From Candidatus Entotheonellaceae bacterium (lineage in GTDB: Bacteria; Tectomicrobia; Entotheonellia; Entotheonellales; Entotheonellaceae), in contig OZ250173.1 of NCBI GenBank assembly GCA_965238075.1, forward strand, positions 1,248,001 through 1,312,000: a stretch of DNA of 64,000 nt. The letters run 5' to 3'. Positions 20,551 to 30,298 of the stretch are shown here, piece by piece. How positions within the stretch are numbered: the stretch's first letter is position 1; the number at the start of each line of letters is the position of its first letter. Both the position numbers and the translations under genes were made by a program. Under the pieces are notes generated by a model. That model made no database searches. It was not told where the DNA came from and worked only from the letters and a program-made list of their open reading frames with translations.

Positions 20551-21132
20551 CTACTTCTTGAGTTTCGTCACGAATGCCGCAAGTTGTGCGCCGAGCCCTT
20601 CAACACGGGCCTGCAGCCCCTCGTCCTGAAGACCCCCGTCCGGCTGAAAAGCCCGCATCGCCTGAGAAATCGTGACCTGATCGGGCAACACCAACACACC
20701 GATATTCCCCAAGATCGTGCGCACGTGCGTCAGCGATCGCACACCGCCGAAACCGCCTGCCGCAGCACTCATCAGCGCCGCCGCCTTACCCTGAAACGCC
20801 ACCAGTCGCGGCTCATCGGGTACCGGGCGCGACACCCAATCAATGGTGTTCTTCAGCACCGCGCTGATGGAACTATTGTATTCGGGCGCCGCGATCAGGA
20901 AACCGTCATGCGCGATCATCAATTGCTTGAATGCTTGCGCCGCCGCGGGCAGCCCCTCCGCCGCCTCCAGGTCGCCGTCGTACAGCGGCATGGCATAGTC
21001 CCGGAGGTCGACCAGGGTGACCTCCACCCCGGCGGCGCGCCCCCCATCCGCGGCGATACGGACTATCTTCTTGTTGAATGAATCTGCGCGCGTGCTACCG
21101 GCAAATGCGAGAATACTTGGTTGGTCTGCCAT
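20551..21132 (-). CDS. NADPH-dependent FMN reductase
   Basis: GSTRADSFN, PEYNSSIS..LKNTIDW. Confidence 0.92.
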   Translation of the reverse strand: MADQPSILAFAGSTRADSFNKKIVRIAADGGRAAGVEVTLVDLRDYAMPLYDGDLEAAEGLPAAAQAFKQLMIAHDGFLIAAPEYNSSISAVLKNTIDWVSRPVPDEPRLVAFQGKAAALMSAAAGGFGGVRSLTHVRTILGNIGVLVLPDQVTISQAMRAFQPDGGLQDEGLQARVEGLGAQLAAFVTKLKK

Positions 21133-21259
21133 TTCTTTCCTTCCTATATGCTATTCCGCCTGCATGCCGTCCGCCGTTTTCCGAACCCCGTGAGTCGGCG
21201 GCGGCATTCTAGCACATCGGCCTGCCCCTTCGGTTCCTTCTTTCGCCATCAGCTTGTTC

Positions 21260-21287
21260 TTGACAGCATAGAAAATAGCAGTAGGCT
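21260..21287 (+). promoter_or_regulatory. putative sigma70 promoter of PQQ dehydrogenase gene
   Basis: TTGACA-N16-TAGGCT about 90 nt upstream of the start. Confidence 0.4.
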
Positions 21288-21376
21288 AGGCTCTCTTCAG
21301 TTCGCCAGTGGCATAGGTGGGGGGTTGGGAATGAAGCACAGACGTACCTGAACTTCTTAGCTTTAAGGAGAGAGAC

Positions 21377-23161
21377 ATGGATGAGCGGAAACGTTTAAGG
21401 TCTCTGATCGCTTTGCTGACCGTCGCCTTGCTCGTCATCTGGGGCGGAACCGCCATGGCGGCTTCCCACGAGGAGGGAGAGGACGCATCGCGTTTCTCAT
21501 CTGAAGAGATCGAAGGCGAGGAAGAAGGAGCACGTATCGAAGTCCTGGAGGGATACGTCTCGCCGGGCATCATCACCGATTCCATGTTGCTGAATGCCGG
21601 CAAGGATCCGAACAACTGGATTTTGTACGGCAAGGACTATTCCCACACCCGTTACAGCCAACTCGACCAGATCAACACCGAGACGGTGCGGAACCTCGTG
21701 CCCAAATGGATGGTGTCGTTTGGCTCGCTGGACAGCCAGGGCAGCCAGACGATTGCCTTCAATGGCAACCTGTTCGTCAGTTCGTCGCACAACCGCTTTT
21801 TCCGCGTCGACGGGCGGACGGGCCGCACCGTGTGGCGCTACGACCATCCACTGCCGGGCGACGTCGCCCCGCACCTGTGCTGCGACGTGATCAACCGCGG
21901 CCCGGCGCTTTACGGCGACAAAGCCTACGTGGCGACCCTGGACGGCCATCTGGTAGCGCTGGATACGGCAAGCGGCCAAGTCGTCTGGGATCAGACGGTG
22001 GCGGATTACAAAAGCTCGTACAGCTTCACCCTGATGCCGCTGGCACTGGACGGCAAGATCATCATCGGCACCTCGGGGGCGGAGTTCGGCATTCGCGGCT
22101 TCATCACCGCGCGCGACGCCGAGACGGGCGAAGAAGTGTGGAAGACGCACACCATTCCTGCCCCCGGCGAGCCGGGCGGCGACACCTGGCCGGGTGATAC
22201 CTACAAGTACGGCGGCGGTTCGGCGTGGGTGACGGGAGCCTATGACCCCGTCCTCGACACCATCTACTGGGGCGTCGGCCAGCCTGGCCCCTGGGACCGT
22301 CAAGCCCACCCGGGCGACAACCTGTACACCAACTCCACCGTCGCGTTGGACCCTGCCTCCGGGGCTATCAAGTTCCACTTCCAGTACACCCCGAACGATC
22401 CGTATGACTACGACGGCGTGAACGAAACCATCCTGGCCGACATCGACGGTCAGCAGGTTTGGCTCCACGCGGACCGCAACGGGCATTTCTACTCCATCGA
22501 TCGCACCAACGGCAGTTTCAACTACGCCGTGCCGCTAGGCAAGGTCACTTGGAACCGGGGCTTCGATCCTGAAACCGGTCGACCGATCTTCGCCTATCCG
22601 GAGATGGACGTTGGTTATGACAAGGTGACCGAGGGTATCTACCCTGCCCTGTTTGGCGGCAAGGAATGGAACCCCATGGCTTACAATCCCGAGACCCAGA
22701 TCGCCTACGTGCCCGCCTTCGGCGACCACAGCATGGACCTGCAGGCGAAGGTGGAGAAGTATACGCGCGGCGAGCTCTACCTCGGCATCAAGACCATGAA
22801 GTTCTACGGCGGTGGCGGCGAGTTGCGTGCCATCAACGCCAAGAACGGCGAGTTGGTTTGGGTACACAACAACCCGATGCCGTTCCGCAGCAGTGTCATC
22901 ACCACCGCCGGAAACCTGGTGTTCGCCGGTGATACGGAGGGTTACATCAAGGCATTCAACGCCACCACCGGCGCGCAGTTGTGGAGTTTTAACTGTGGCA
23001 CCGCCGTCATGGGCGGCGTCAATACCTTCACGGTGGACGGCGAGCAACTCCTCGCCGTTGTCGCCGGCCAGGCCGGCACGGCTATCGAGACGGGCCTGGA
23101 TCAGGACTGGCCCAAGAAACACCAGAAGGGCGGTTATCTGATCACCTTCGGGCTGCACTAA
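21377..23161 (+). CDS. periplasmic PQQ-dependent alcohol dehydrogenase (methanol/ethanol family), probably lanthanide-type
   Basis: Signal peptide, TRYSQLDQIN, vicinal CCDVINRG, SGAEFG, YDYDGVNE, GGKEWNPMAY, W-docking repeats. Confidence 0.9.
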   Translation: MDERKRLRSLIALLTVALLVIWGGTAMAASHEEGEDASRFSSEEIEGEEEGARIEVLEGYVSPGIITDSMLLNAGKDPNNWILYGKDYSHTRYSQLDQINTETVRNLVPKWMVSFGSLDSQGSQTIAFNGNLFVSSSHNRFFRVDGRTGRTVWRYDHPLPGDVAPHLCCDVINRGPALYGDKAYVATLDGHLVALDTASGQVVWDQTVADYKSSYSFTLMPLALDGKIIIGTSGAEFGIRGFITARDAETGEEVWKTHTIPAPGEPGGDTWPGDTYKYGGGSAWVTGAYDPVLDTIYWGVGQPGPWDRQAHPGDNLYTNSTVALDPASGAIKFHFQYTPNDPYDYDGVNETILADIDGQQVWLHADRNGHFYSIDRTNGSFNYAVPLGKVTWNRGFDPETGRPIFAYPEMDVGYDKVTEGIYPALFGGKEWNPMAYNPETQIAYVPAFGDHSMDLQAKVEKYTRGELYLGIKTMKFYGGGGELRAINAKNGELVWVHNNPMPFRSSVITTAGNLVFAGDTEGYIKAFNATTGAQLWSFNCGTAVMGGVNTFTVDGEQLLAVVAGQAGTAIETGLDQDWPKKHQKGGYLITFGLH

Positions 23162-23183
23162 ACCCTGTTCGTTAACTAGCTGC

Positions 23184-23226
23184 AGGCTGCTATGGGTCGC
23201 CATGATCCGTAGCAGCCTCATTTTTA
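23184..23226 (+). terminator. rho-independent terminator
   Basis: aggctgctatgggtc / gatccgtagcagcct stem (with G-U pairs) followed by T-tract, just after the stop codon. Confidence 0.75.
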
Positions 23227-23293
23227 TGAAAGCTGCTCAGGCAAGCGGGCTGTACGAGACGGCACGGCAAATCAATTGCAAGAGAGGAGAATC

Positions 23294-24049
23294 ATGGGCG
23301 TACGGGGCAAGGTGTGTGTCATCACCGGAGGAGGGAGTGGGATTGGCCGGGGCGCCGCTTTGATGATGGCGGAGCAGGGCGCCAAAATCGTTCCGGTGGG
23401 TCGCACGGCGTCAAAGGTTGAAGCCGTACGGGACGAGATTGCCTCGCTTGGCGGTGAGGCGCTGGCTTTCGGCCTCGACGTTGCCGACTACGATGCGGTT
23501 CGCGCCATGGTCAAGGAGGTATTGGACGCCTTCGGGTGCGTCGACGTCCTCATCAACAACGCCGGGCACAGCTCGCGCCATCGCCGCATTCTGACCACCC
23601 CGCCGGACGAAATCCGCTCCGTCATCGATTCCAATCTCGTGGGGTCGATCTACTGCACGCAGGCGGTGCTGCCGTCCATGCTGGAAGCCAAGGACGGGCT
23701 GATTCTCAACGTCGCCTCATTAGCCGGGGTGCATACCAGCTACCTCGGGGGCATGATCTACAGCGCCGTGAAGGCAGGCGTCATTCATTTCACCCGCTTC
23801 CTCAATTTTGAACTCACTAACACCGGTGTGCGGGCCAGCGTGCTGATTCCCGGTGAAGTGGACACCCCGATCATGGAAAAGCGGCCCGTGCCGCCGACAT
23901 CGGACGACCGCACAACCATGATCGGTATTGACGAGTGCGCCGAAACCTTGACAATGATCGCCGGGCTACCCAAGCGCTCTTCCATATCCGAACTGATCAT
24001 CCGGCCCACCATGATGCGGAACGCCACCGAGGTCGCCGATTTTCCGTAA
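23294..24049 (+). CDS. SDR family oxidoreductase
   Basis: TGGGSGIG, NNAG, YSAVK, PGEVDTP. Confidence 0.9.
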   Translation: MGVRGKVCVITGGGSGIGRGAALMMAEQGAKIVPVGRTASKVEAVRDEIASLGGEALAFGLDVADYDAVRAMVKEVLDAFGCVDVLINNAGHSSRHRRILTTPPDEIRSVIDSNLVGSIYCTQAVLPSMLEAKDGLILNVASLAGVHTSYLGGMIYSAVKAGVIHFTRFLNFELTNTGVRASVLIPGEVDTPIMEKRPVPPTSDDRTTMIGIDECAETLTMIAGLPKRSSISELIIRPTMMRNATEVADFP

Positions 24050-24086
24050 GGCAGCCGCCTTCCGGCTGGCCCGGCGGTTTGATCCC

Positions 24087-25262
24087 CTATTCCTTCGGTA
24101 GTCCCAGAACCCGCTCGCCGATGATGTTCCGCTGAATCTCCGACGTCCCCGAAAAGATGGTCTCGGCCCGGCTGTAGAGGAAGTAGTACTGCAGGTCCAC
24201 CGGCGTGGGATAATACGGCGACTCCGGGGAAAGCTGGGAGAGCGGACCGAGCAGTTCCTGGCCGATCTCCTGCATGTACTGATCCGTCTCGCTCCAGTAC
24301 AGCTTGTCCAACGACGCCTCGGGCCCCGGCTCCTTGCCGCGCAGGTGGCTGGTGATGGTGCGGTAGTTGTTCAGGCGCATCAGATCGACGCGGATGTAGG
24401 CGTCGGCGAGCTTCTGGCGCACGATGGCGTCGGCGCTGAGCGGCTTGCCCTTGCGGGTGGTCTTCCGCGCCACGTCGACAATGTCGTCGAGGCGGCGCTT
24501 AACGGTGACTTGGGTCCCGAACGACGCGGTGCCGCGCTCGTGGGTGAGGGTCGTCATGGCGATGCCCCAGCCGGCGTTGAGTCCGCCCAGGAGCTGCGAT
24601 TTGGGCACCCGAACATTGTCGAAGAAAACCTCGTTGAATTCGGAGCCTCCGGTGATCTGTTTGAGAGGCTTGACGGTGACGCCGGGGCTGTGCATGTCCA
24701 CCATCAGATAGCTGATCCCCCGGTGCTTCGGCGCCTCCGGGTCGGTGCGCACCAAGAGGATGCACATGTCGGCGTGCTGGGCCATGCTGGTCCAGATCTT
24801 CTGGCCGTTGACGACAAAATCATCGCCGTCCGCCACCGCGCGGGTCTGCAGCGAGGCGAGGTCGGAGCCGGAGTTGGGCTCGGAAAACCCCTGGCACCAA
24901 ATTTCCTCGCCACTCAGAATTTTGGGGATATAGCGTTTCTTCTGGGCTTCCGTGCCGTGCGACATGAGCGTCGGGCCAACGATCATCAGTCCCAACAGAT
25001 TGGCCATCTCCGGCGCCTCGGCACGGGCCATCTCCTCCGAGAAAACGGCCTGTTCGATCAGCGTCGCACCGCGTCCGCCGTATTCCTTCGGCCAGTGGAT
25101 GCCCGCCCAGCCCGCGTCGTACATCTTGCGCTGCCAGGCACGGCGGTACTGAAAGGCCTCGTCCGGGTCCTTCGGCATCGGCTCCTTCGGCGCGTTGGCT
25201 TCCAGCCAGCTGCGGATGGTCTGCTGAAACGCTATCGCATTGTCGTCAAAACGAATGTCCAT
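24087..25262 (-). CDS. acyl-CoA dehydrogenase
   Basis: WCQGFSEPNSGSDLASL, NGQKIWTS, FNEVFFD, GTSEIQRNII. Confidence 0.94.
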   Translation of the reverse strand: MDIRFDDNAIAFQQTIRSWLEANAPKEPMPKDPDEAFQYRRAWQRKMYDAGWAGIHWPKEYGGRGATLIEQAVFSEEMARAEAPEMANLLGLMIVGPTLMSHGTEAQKKRYIPKILSGEEIWCQGFSEPNSGSDLASLQTRAVADGDDFVVNGQKIWTSMAQHADMCILLVRTDPEAPKHRGISYLMVDMHSPGVTVKPLKQITGGSEFNEVFFDNVRVPKSQLLGGLNAGWGIAMTTLTHERGTASFGTQVTVKRRLDDIVDVARKTTRKGKPLSADAIVRQKLADAYIRVDLMRLNNYRTITSHLRGKEPGPEASLDKLYWSETDQYMQEIGQELLGPLSQLSPESPYYPTPVDLQYYFLYSRAETIFSGTSEIQRNIIGERVLGLPKE

Positions 25263-25394
25263 GGTGAACAGGCCCTCTCACACGGTTAACTTGCCATCGC
25301 CATCTCACGTGGGTCGAAATCGCGCGGTATCATACTGTGCAGCGCCCAACGGCACAACAGGCACTGAACTCGCTTCCCTGGAGGCTCCTAACGC

Positions 25395-26432
25395 ATGCAG
25401 GCGTTCTGGCACGCGCTTCCAAAACCGTTCTTCATTCTGGCGCCGCTTGCCGGTGTGACCGATCCCGCCTTCCGGCGCCTCATCGCCAAGCACGGCAAAC
25501 CGCACGCCATGTGGACGGAGTTCACCTCCGCCGATGGCCTCTGCGCGACCGGCCGCGACCGGCTGCTGCGCGGCCTGGTATACGCGGAAAGCGAACGGCC
25601 CATTGTGGCGCAATTGTTCGGGGCCAAGCCGGACATGATGGAACGGGCAGCGGCTCTGATAGCCGAGTTGGGCTTTGACGGCATTGACATCAACATGGGA
25701 TGCCCGGATTGCAGCGTGGAGAAACGCGGCGCCGGCGCGGCGCTGTGCAAGCGACCCGCCCTGGCTCAGGCGATGGTTCGGGCGGCCAAGCGCGGTGCCG
25801 GCGGCCTGCCCGTATCGGCAAAAATCCGCCTCGGTTACGAGCGCAACGAGCTCGCAATCTGGTTGCCCGCGCTTCTGGAAGCCGAGCCGGTTGCCATAAC
25901 CATCCATGCCCGCACCCGCCAGGAGATGTCGCAGGTGCCCGCCCGCTGGAACGCAATCGCCCAGGCCGTGGACATCCGCAACCGTCTCGGCGCCCCCGCT
26001 TATATTGTCGGCAACGGCGACGTCACCGACCTTGCTGATGCACGCCGCAAAGTGCGCGCCACTGGCACCGACGGCATCATGCTCGGCCGCGCCATATTCG
26101 GCAATCCGTGGCTGTTTGATGAGCGGCGCGCCCTTACCGATGTTCCACCAGCGGAAAAGCTCCGGGTGCTACTCGAACATACGCGCCTGTTTGAGGGACT
26201 TCTGGGGGATATAAAAAGCCTTGACACCATGAAGAAGCACTACAAGGCATACCTGAAGGGCTTCGATGGTGCCAAGGCTTTGTTTTTGCAGCTTATGGAA
26301 GCGCGCGGCGTCAATGAGGTCGAGAGGCGTGTGCGCGCCTGTCCTATCCTCCGAAAAGCACCCTGGGAAGCCACAGAGCCACTTCTGGAAAAAAGAACAC
26401 AACCAGCAGTCCTACCACCTGCAGGACCATGA
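25395..26432 (+). CDS. tRNA-dihydrouridine synthase (Dus family)
   Basis: LAPLAGVTD, IDINMGCP, HART, GNGD, GRAIFGNPW. Confidence 0.92.
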   Translation: MQAFWHALPKPFFILAPLAGVTDPAFRRLIAKHGKPHAMWTEFTSADGLCATGRDRLLRGLVYAESERPIVAQLFGAKPDMMERAAALIAELGFDGIDINMGCPDCSVEKRGAGAALCKRPALAQAMVRAAKRGAGGLPVSAKIRLGYERNELAIWLPALLEAEPVAITIHARTRQEMSQVPARWNAIAQAVDIRNRLGAPAYIVGNGDVTDLADARRKVRATGTDGIMLGRAIFGNPWLFDERRALTDVPPAEKLRVLLEHTRLFEGLLGDIKSLDTMKKHYKAYLKGFDGAKALFLQLMEARGVNEVERRVRACPILRKAPWEATEPLLEKRTQPAVLPPAGP

Positions 26433-27705
26433 ACTGCATCATGCCGTTGTAGATGTCCGACAGCTCCCACTCCGGCGCAACGCCCTTGAGGTAGTAGGCG
26501 GCCATCGCCACCGGCGGCGACAGGAAAGCCGTCTGCAGATTCACCGCCACCAGTGTACAGAACCAGACCAGGGTCGCCTGCGGCTCGATGCCCGGCAACA
26601 GTGGGTTGGCCGGGTCCGATTGCAGGGCTTCGACGACGGGGAGGAAAATCGGCACGAAGATCAGCACGATCGCCGGCCATTCCAGCGGCCAACCGAGCAC
26701 GAAGATGACCACCATCAGGATGATGATCATGGCCATCGGCGGCACTGGCAGGGCCAGCATGGTTTCGGTGATGAGCGTCGCCGTGCCCAGGCGGGCGAAT
26801 ACGGATCCGTAGATGTTCGAGGCCACGGCCAGGAACAACACCATGCTGGAGGTTCCGAGCGTGCTCAGGGTCGCTTCGCGCAGCATGGACCAGTTCAGCC
26901 GCCCGTACAGCGCGGCCAGCAACAGGGCGCCCAAGGCCGCCATAGCAGACGCCTCGGTCGGCGTCGCCAGCCCGGCAATGATACTGCCCAAGGCGGCGAA
27001 TACGACAACCGCCAGCGGCACGATGCCCAGGAAGAATTCGCGGATCACCATCCAGAAAGATTCCGGTTGCTCCTCGGGTGGCAGCGGCGGCCCGAGGTCT
27101 GGATCGATCTGGCAGCGGATGAACGTGTAGCCGAAATACAGCCCGGAAAGAATGAGACCCGGCACGATCGCGGCGGCAAAAAGCTGTACCACGGACACCC
27201 CGACCACCGGTCCCAGAACGACCAACAACACACTGGGCGGAATGAGGATACCCAGGCAGCCGCCAGCCGTGATGACGCCAGCGGACAGGGCCGTGTTGTA
27301 ACGGCTGCGTATCATCGCCGGCGCGGCCAGCAACCCCATGACGGTGACGGAAGCGCCGATAATGCCGGTCGCCGTGGCAAAAATCGTCGACACGAACAAC
27401 ACGCCGAGGAACAACGAACCCTTGACCCGCGCCAGGATGAACTGGAACGATAGAAAGAGGCGCTCCATCAGCCCCGCCTGCTCCAGGAGGTGCCCCATGA
27501 ATATGAACAGAGGCACGGCGGCCAGGGTCTCCTCTTTCATGATCTGCCAGGTCTGGAAAAACATCAGGAAGAAGACCACCTTGCCGAAGCCGATGTACCC
27601 GAACACGACGGCGAGGATGATCAGGGTAAAGGCAATCGGAAAGCCGATGAAAATACACGTGATGAGGGCGACAAGAAGGATCAGGCCAAGGTATTCCGGA
27701 TTCAT
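26344..27705 (-). CDS. dctM: TRAP transporter large permease
   Basis: AVPLFIFMG, GILIPPS, ATPTEA, FLSPP; polytopic membrane protein. Confidence 0.92.
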   Translation of the reverse strand: MNPEYLGLILLVALITCIFIGFPIAFTLIILAVVFGYIGFGKVVFFLMFFQTWQIMKEETLAAVPLFIFMGHLLEQAGLMERLFLSFQFILARVKGSLFLGVLFVSTIFATATGIIGASVTVMGLLAAPAMIRSRYNTALSAGVITAGGCLGILIPPSVLLVVLGPVVGVSVVQLFAAAIVPGLILSGLYFGYTFIRCQIDPDLGPPLPPEEQPESFWMVIREFFLGIVPLAVVVFAALGSIIAGLATPTEASAMAALGALLLAALYGRLNWSMLREATLSTLGTSSMVLFLAVASNIYGSVFARLGTATLITETMLALPVPPMAMIIILMVVIFVLGWPLEWPAIVLIFVPIFLPVVEALQSDPANPLLPGIEPQATLVWFCTLVAVNLQTAFLSPPVAMAAYYLKGVAPEWELSDIYNGMMQFMVLQVVGLLVVFFFPEVALWLPRVLFGG

Positions 27706-28301
27706 AGGATGTCGCCTCTCAGAACGGGTGGCTCGCTTTTAATGAGGGGTTCGCCTTTAATGGCGGCGTACGCGCTCTTCATGAACTCCGAGGCCCCTTG
27801 GAGGATCAGGAGGCCCGCGGCGACGGGCACGACGGTTTTGAAGGGATAGATGATCGGGCGCCACGGGCTGGCATCCGAGCGCTCGCCAATTCCCCACGAT
27901 TGCATTGCCTCTGCCCAGCCGGCAAACATGAAGAAGAGCATCCCCGGGAAGAAAAAAAACAGGTACATGCTCGCATCCACGATGCCTTTCCATTGCACGG
28001 TGAACTTCTCGTACAGCATGTCGGTGCGGATGTGGCTGCCTTTGTACAGGGTGTAGGCAGCACCCAACATGAAGTGAGAACCGTACAGGATGTACGTCAC
28101 GTCATAGGCCCAGATGGTGGGCGCGTTGAAGAGATAGCGGGCAAAAACCTCGTAGCACAGGCCGCCCACCATGGGCAACACAAGCCCGGCAAAGAGCAGG
28201 CCCGACCCCCGCCCGATGACGGTATCGATGATGCGCACCGCAAGAACCAGCGCCTTGGGCGGCACCTCTTCCGGGGATGCGGTCTCGTTTTCAGCAACCA
28301 T
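27702..28301 (-). CDS. dctQ: TRAP transporter small permease
   Basis: YEVFARY..APTIWA, HIRTD, four TM helices. Confidence 0.9.
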   Translation of the reverse strand: MVAENETASPEEVPPKALVLAVRIIDTVIGRGSGLLFAGLVLPMVGGLCYEVFARYLFNAPTIWAYDVTYILYGSHFMLGAAYTLYKGSHIRTDMLYEKFTVQWKGIVDASMYLFFFFPGMLFFMFAGWAEAMQSWGIGERSDASPWRPIIYPFKTVVPVAAGLLILQGASEFMKSAYAAIKGEPLIKSEPPVLRGDIL

Positions 28302-28340
28302 GCTGGGCTCCCATCCTGGCAGCGGGAAAAGATAGACGCT

Positions 28341-28384
28341 AACACGCCCAAGGCCCGTTTGTGCAACCGGCCCTTGGGCGTGTT
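28341..28384. terminator. intercistronic stem-loop between dctP and dctQ (partial terminator or mRNA stabiliser)
   Basis: Perfect 13-bp inverted repeat aacacgcccaagg / ccttgggcgtgtt. Confidence 0.65.
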
Positions 28385-28410
28385 GTTACCTCACTCTCAA
28401 GGGGCTTTCC

Positions 28411-29535
28411 TTACTTCAGGAAAATCAGGTCTTTCCAGTAGTAGTCACCGGCGAACTCGTACGGCGGCCACACGGAGCGCCGATACGGAACCAGCAACGA
28501 GGCATACGCCTTTTGGGATTCGACCACACGCTTGATGAAGGGATCCTCGGCCACTTTCTGCGCGAGGATTTTGTCGTAGGTCTTGAGAAAGGTGATGAGG
28601 ATGTCGTCCGGCGTGCGGCGGACCTCGACGCCGTGCTTCTCCACCATTTCCTTGTACGCCTCGGCGTTCTGGCGCTGCCAGCTTACCCACCAGTGGAAGA
28701 AAGTGGCCTGCGTCGCGGCGCGCACGATCTCCTGGAGGTCGGGTGCCAAGCTATCCCAGGTGCTCTTGTTGATCAGCAGGTCACCAACGGTGGTAGGTTC
28801 GTGCATGCCGGGGGTGTAGTGATATTTCCAGACATTGTGGAAGCCGAGCTTGAGGTCCTCGATGCCGCCCACCCATTCGGCGCCGTCGATGACGCCGCGC
28901 TCGGCCGCCGGCAGAATTTCGGCGCCCGGCAGGGTCACGACGGTCATGCCCGCCTCTTTGAACACGTCGGCGCCGATGCCATAGATGCGGAACTTGACGC
29001 CCTTGAAATCATCCCACCCCTCGATAGGCTTCTTGAACCAGCCCAGGGCCTGCGGCGCCGCCGCCAGGATGGGGAAGCTGACGACATCGAGCCGCAAGAC
29101 TTCCTGGTACCATTCGTTGATCAGCTCCAGGCCGCCGCCTTCCCAGATCCAGCCGAACATGTCAATGGTGTCCATGCCGAAGAGCGGCCCGTGGGACAGC
29201 GGCACAGCAGCCCAGTGCTTGCCGATGTAATAGCCGGGCGCCGTGTGGCCGCCGTCGATGACGCCGCGCGCCGTGGCGTCGAGGACCTCGAACGGCCCCA
29301 CCACGGTGCCGGCGGGTAGCGTGTTAATCTTCAACCGGCCACCCGACATTTTGTCTACCTTGTCGGCGAACATCTCGAAATTGTCGTACAGCGTCAGGCC
29401 CGACGGCCAACTGGCTTGAAACGTAAGTGTTTTGCTCTGCGCCAGGGTCTCCGGCACCTCCCCGGGACCCAAGCCAAACATGAGTGCCAGCACAACCAGC
29501 GCGCTGCTCATCCCGACCCACATCCGTCTACTCAT
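28411..29535 (-). CDS. dctP: TRAP substrate-binding protein (TakP-like, keto-acid/monocarboxylate group)
   Basis: Signal peptide, MSGGRLKI, GWFKKPI, KFRI, ERGVIDGAEW. Confidence 0.88.
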   Translation of the reverse strand: MSRRMWVGMSSALVVLALMFGLGPGEVPETLAQSKTLTFQASWPSGLTLYDNFEMFADKVDKMSGGRLKINTLPAGTVVGPFEVLDATARGVIDGGHTAPGYYIGKHWAAVPLSHGPLFGMDTIDMFGWIWEGGGLELINEWYQEVLRLDVVSFPILAAAPQALGWFKKPIEGWDDFKGVKFRIYGIGADVFKEAGMTVVTLPGAEILPAAERGVIDGAEWVGGIEDLKLGFHNVWKYHYTPGMHEPTTVGDLLINKSTWDSLAPDLQEIVRAATQATFFHWWVSWQRQNAEAYKEMVEKHGVEVRRTPDDILITFLKTYDKILAQKVAEDPFIKRVVESQKAYASLLVPYRRSVWPPYEFAGDYYWKDLIFLK

Positions 29536-29638
29536 TCCCGCTTCTCCTTCGAGTAAGGTCTTCCCAAAAAAGTGCGCCATCCTAACAAAGATGGAACCGC
29601 TGTCAACCCCGATCCCCCGCACCTTGGCCGCGTCGGAA

Positions 29639-30286
29639 TCAGGACGAGATCACCCATTTTTCATCGTTGGCAACCCGCTCAATCTCCCCTTCCAGCTGCC
29701 GGAAGGCATCCAGCCCGCGCAGAGTTTGAAAATCTTTGATATGCACAGACACTTGCTGTAAGTGGGTGGGCAATTTTCTGGCAAATTGTTTCAATCGGCG
29801 GCCTTGGAGACCACTCGCATCACGCATGAGGCCGTAGAGGGTTTCTTTGGGGTCTTGTAAAGCTTCTAGGTCATTCACATCCGGTAGGCTCAACGGTTGG
29901 CTGCCATTGGGATTTCCAGCAGCGCGCCGCAACGCAGCTTCGTCGATGAGCAACCAAGCTTCCAACATTCGCACCGGAACAACGCAGACAAAAGGTGGGG
30001 GAGCTTGCAGCCCGCTTTTTTCCACAGCCTGGCAGATCTCTTCCACACGCTTGCCAACTGACTCTCCCTCCGCGTCCCGGTGCACAAATAGCAGATCACA
30101 AGGATATAGTTTAATGCTTTGTTGAATCCGCTCGGAAAGTTTTTTCGGAGGTTCCGGCAGATCCCGTAGATCAGCAAACGTCGGTATGATTACCTCACAG
30201 TACCGGCGCAGCAGCCACGTGAGAATCGGTATGACAGCCCGGTCGGAAGATCCGTCACCCAGCAGTGTATAACGCAGTCTTTGCAT
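29639..30286 (-). CDS. DUF4276-like TOPRIM-related protein
   Basis: N-terminal LLGDGSSD, central DLLFVHRDAE, VPVRMLEAWLL; directly downstream of an ABC-type ATPase. Confidence 0.65.
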   Translation of the reverse strand: MQRLRYTLLGDGSSDRAVIPILTWLLRRYCEVIIPTFADLRDLPEPPKKLSERIQQSIKLYPCDLLFVHRDAEGESVGKRVEEICQAVEKSGLQAPPPFVCVVPVRMLEAWLLIDEAALRRAAGNPNGSQPLSLPDVNDLEALQDPKETLYGLMRDASGLQGRRLKQFARKLPTHLQQVSVHIKDFQTLRGLDAFRQLEGEIERVANDEKWVISS

Positions 30287-30298
30287 TTGACACCAGAT

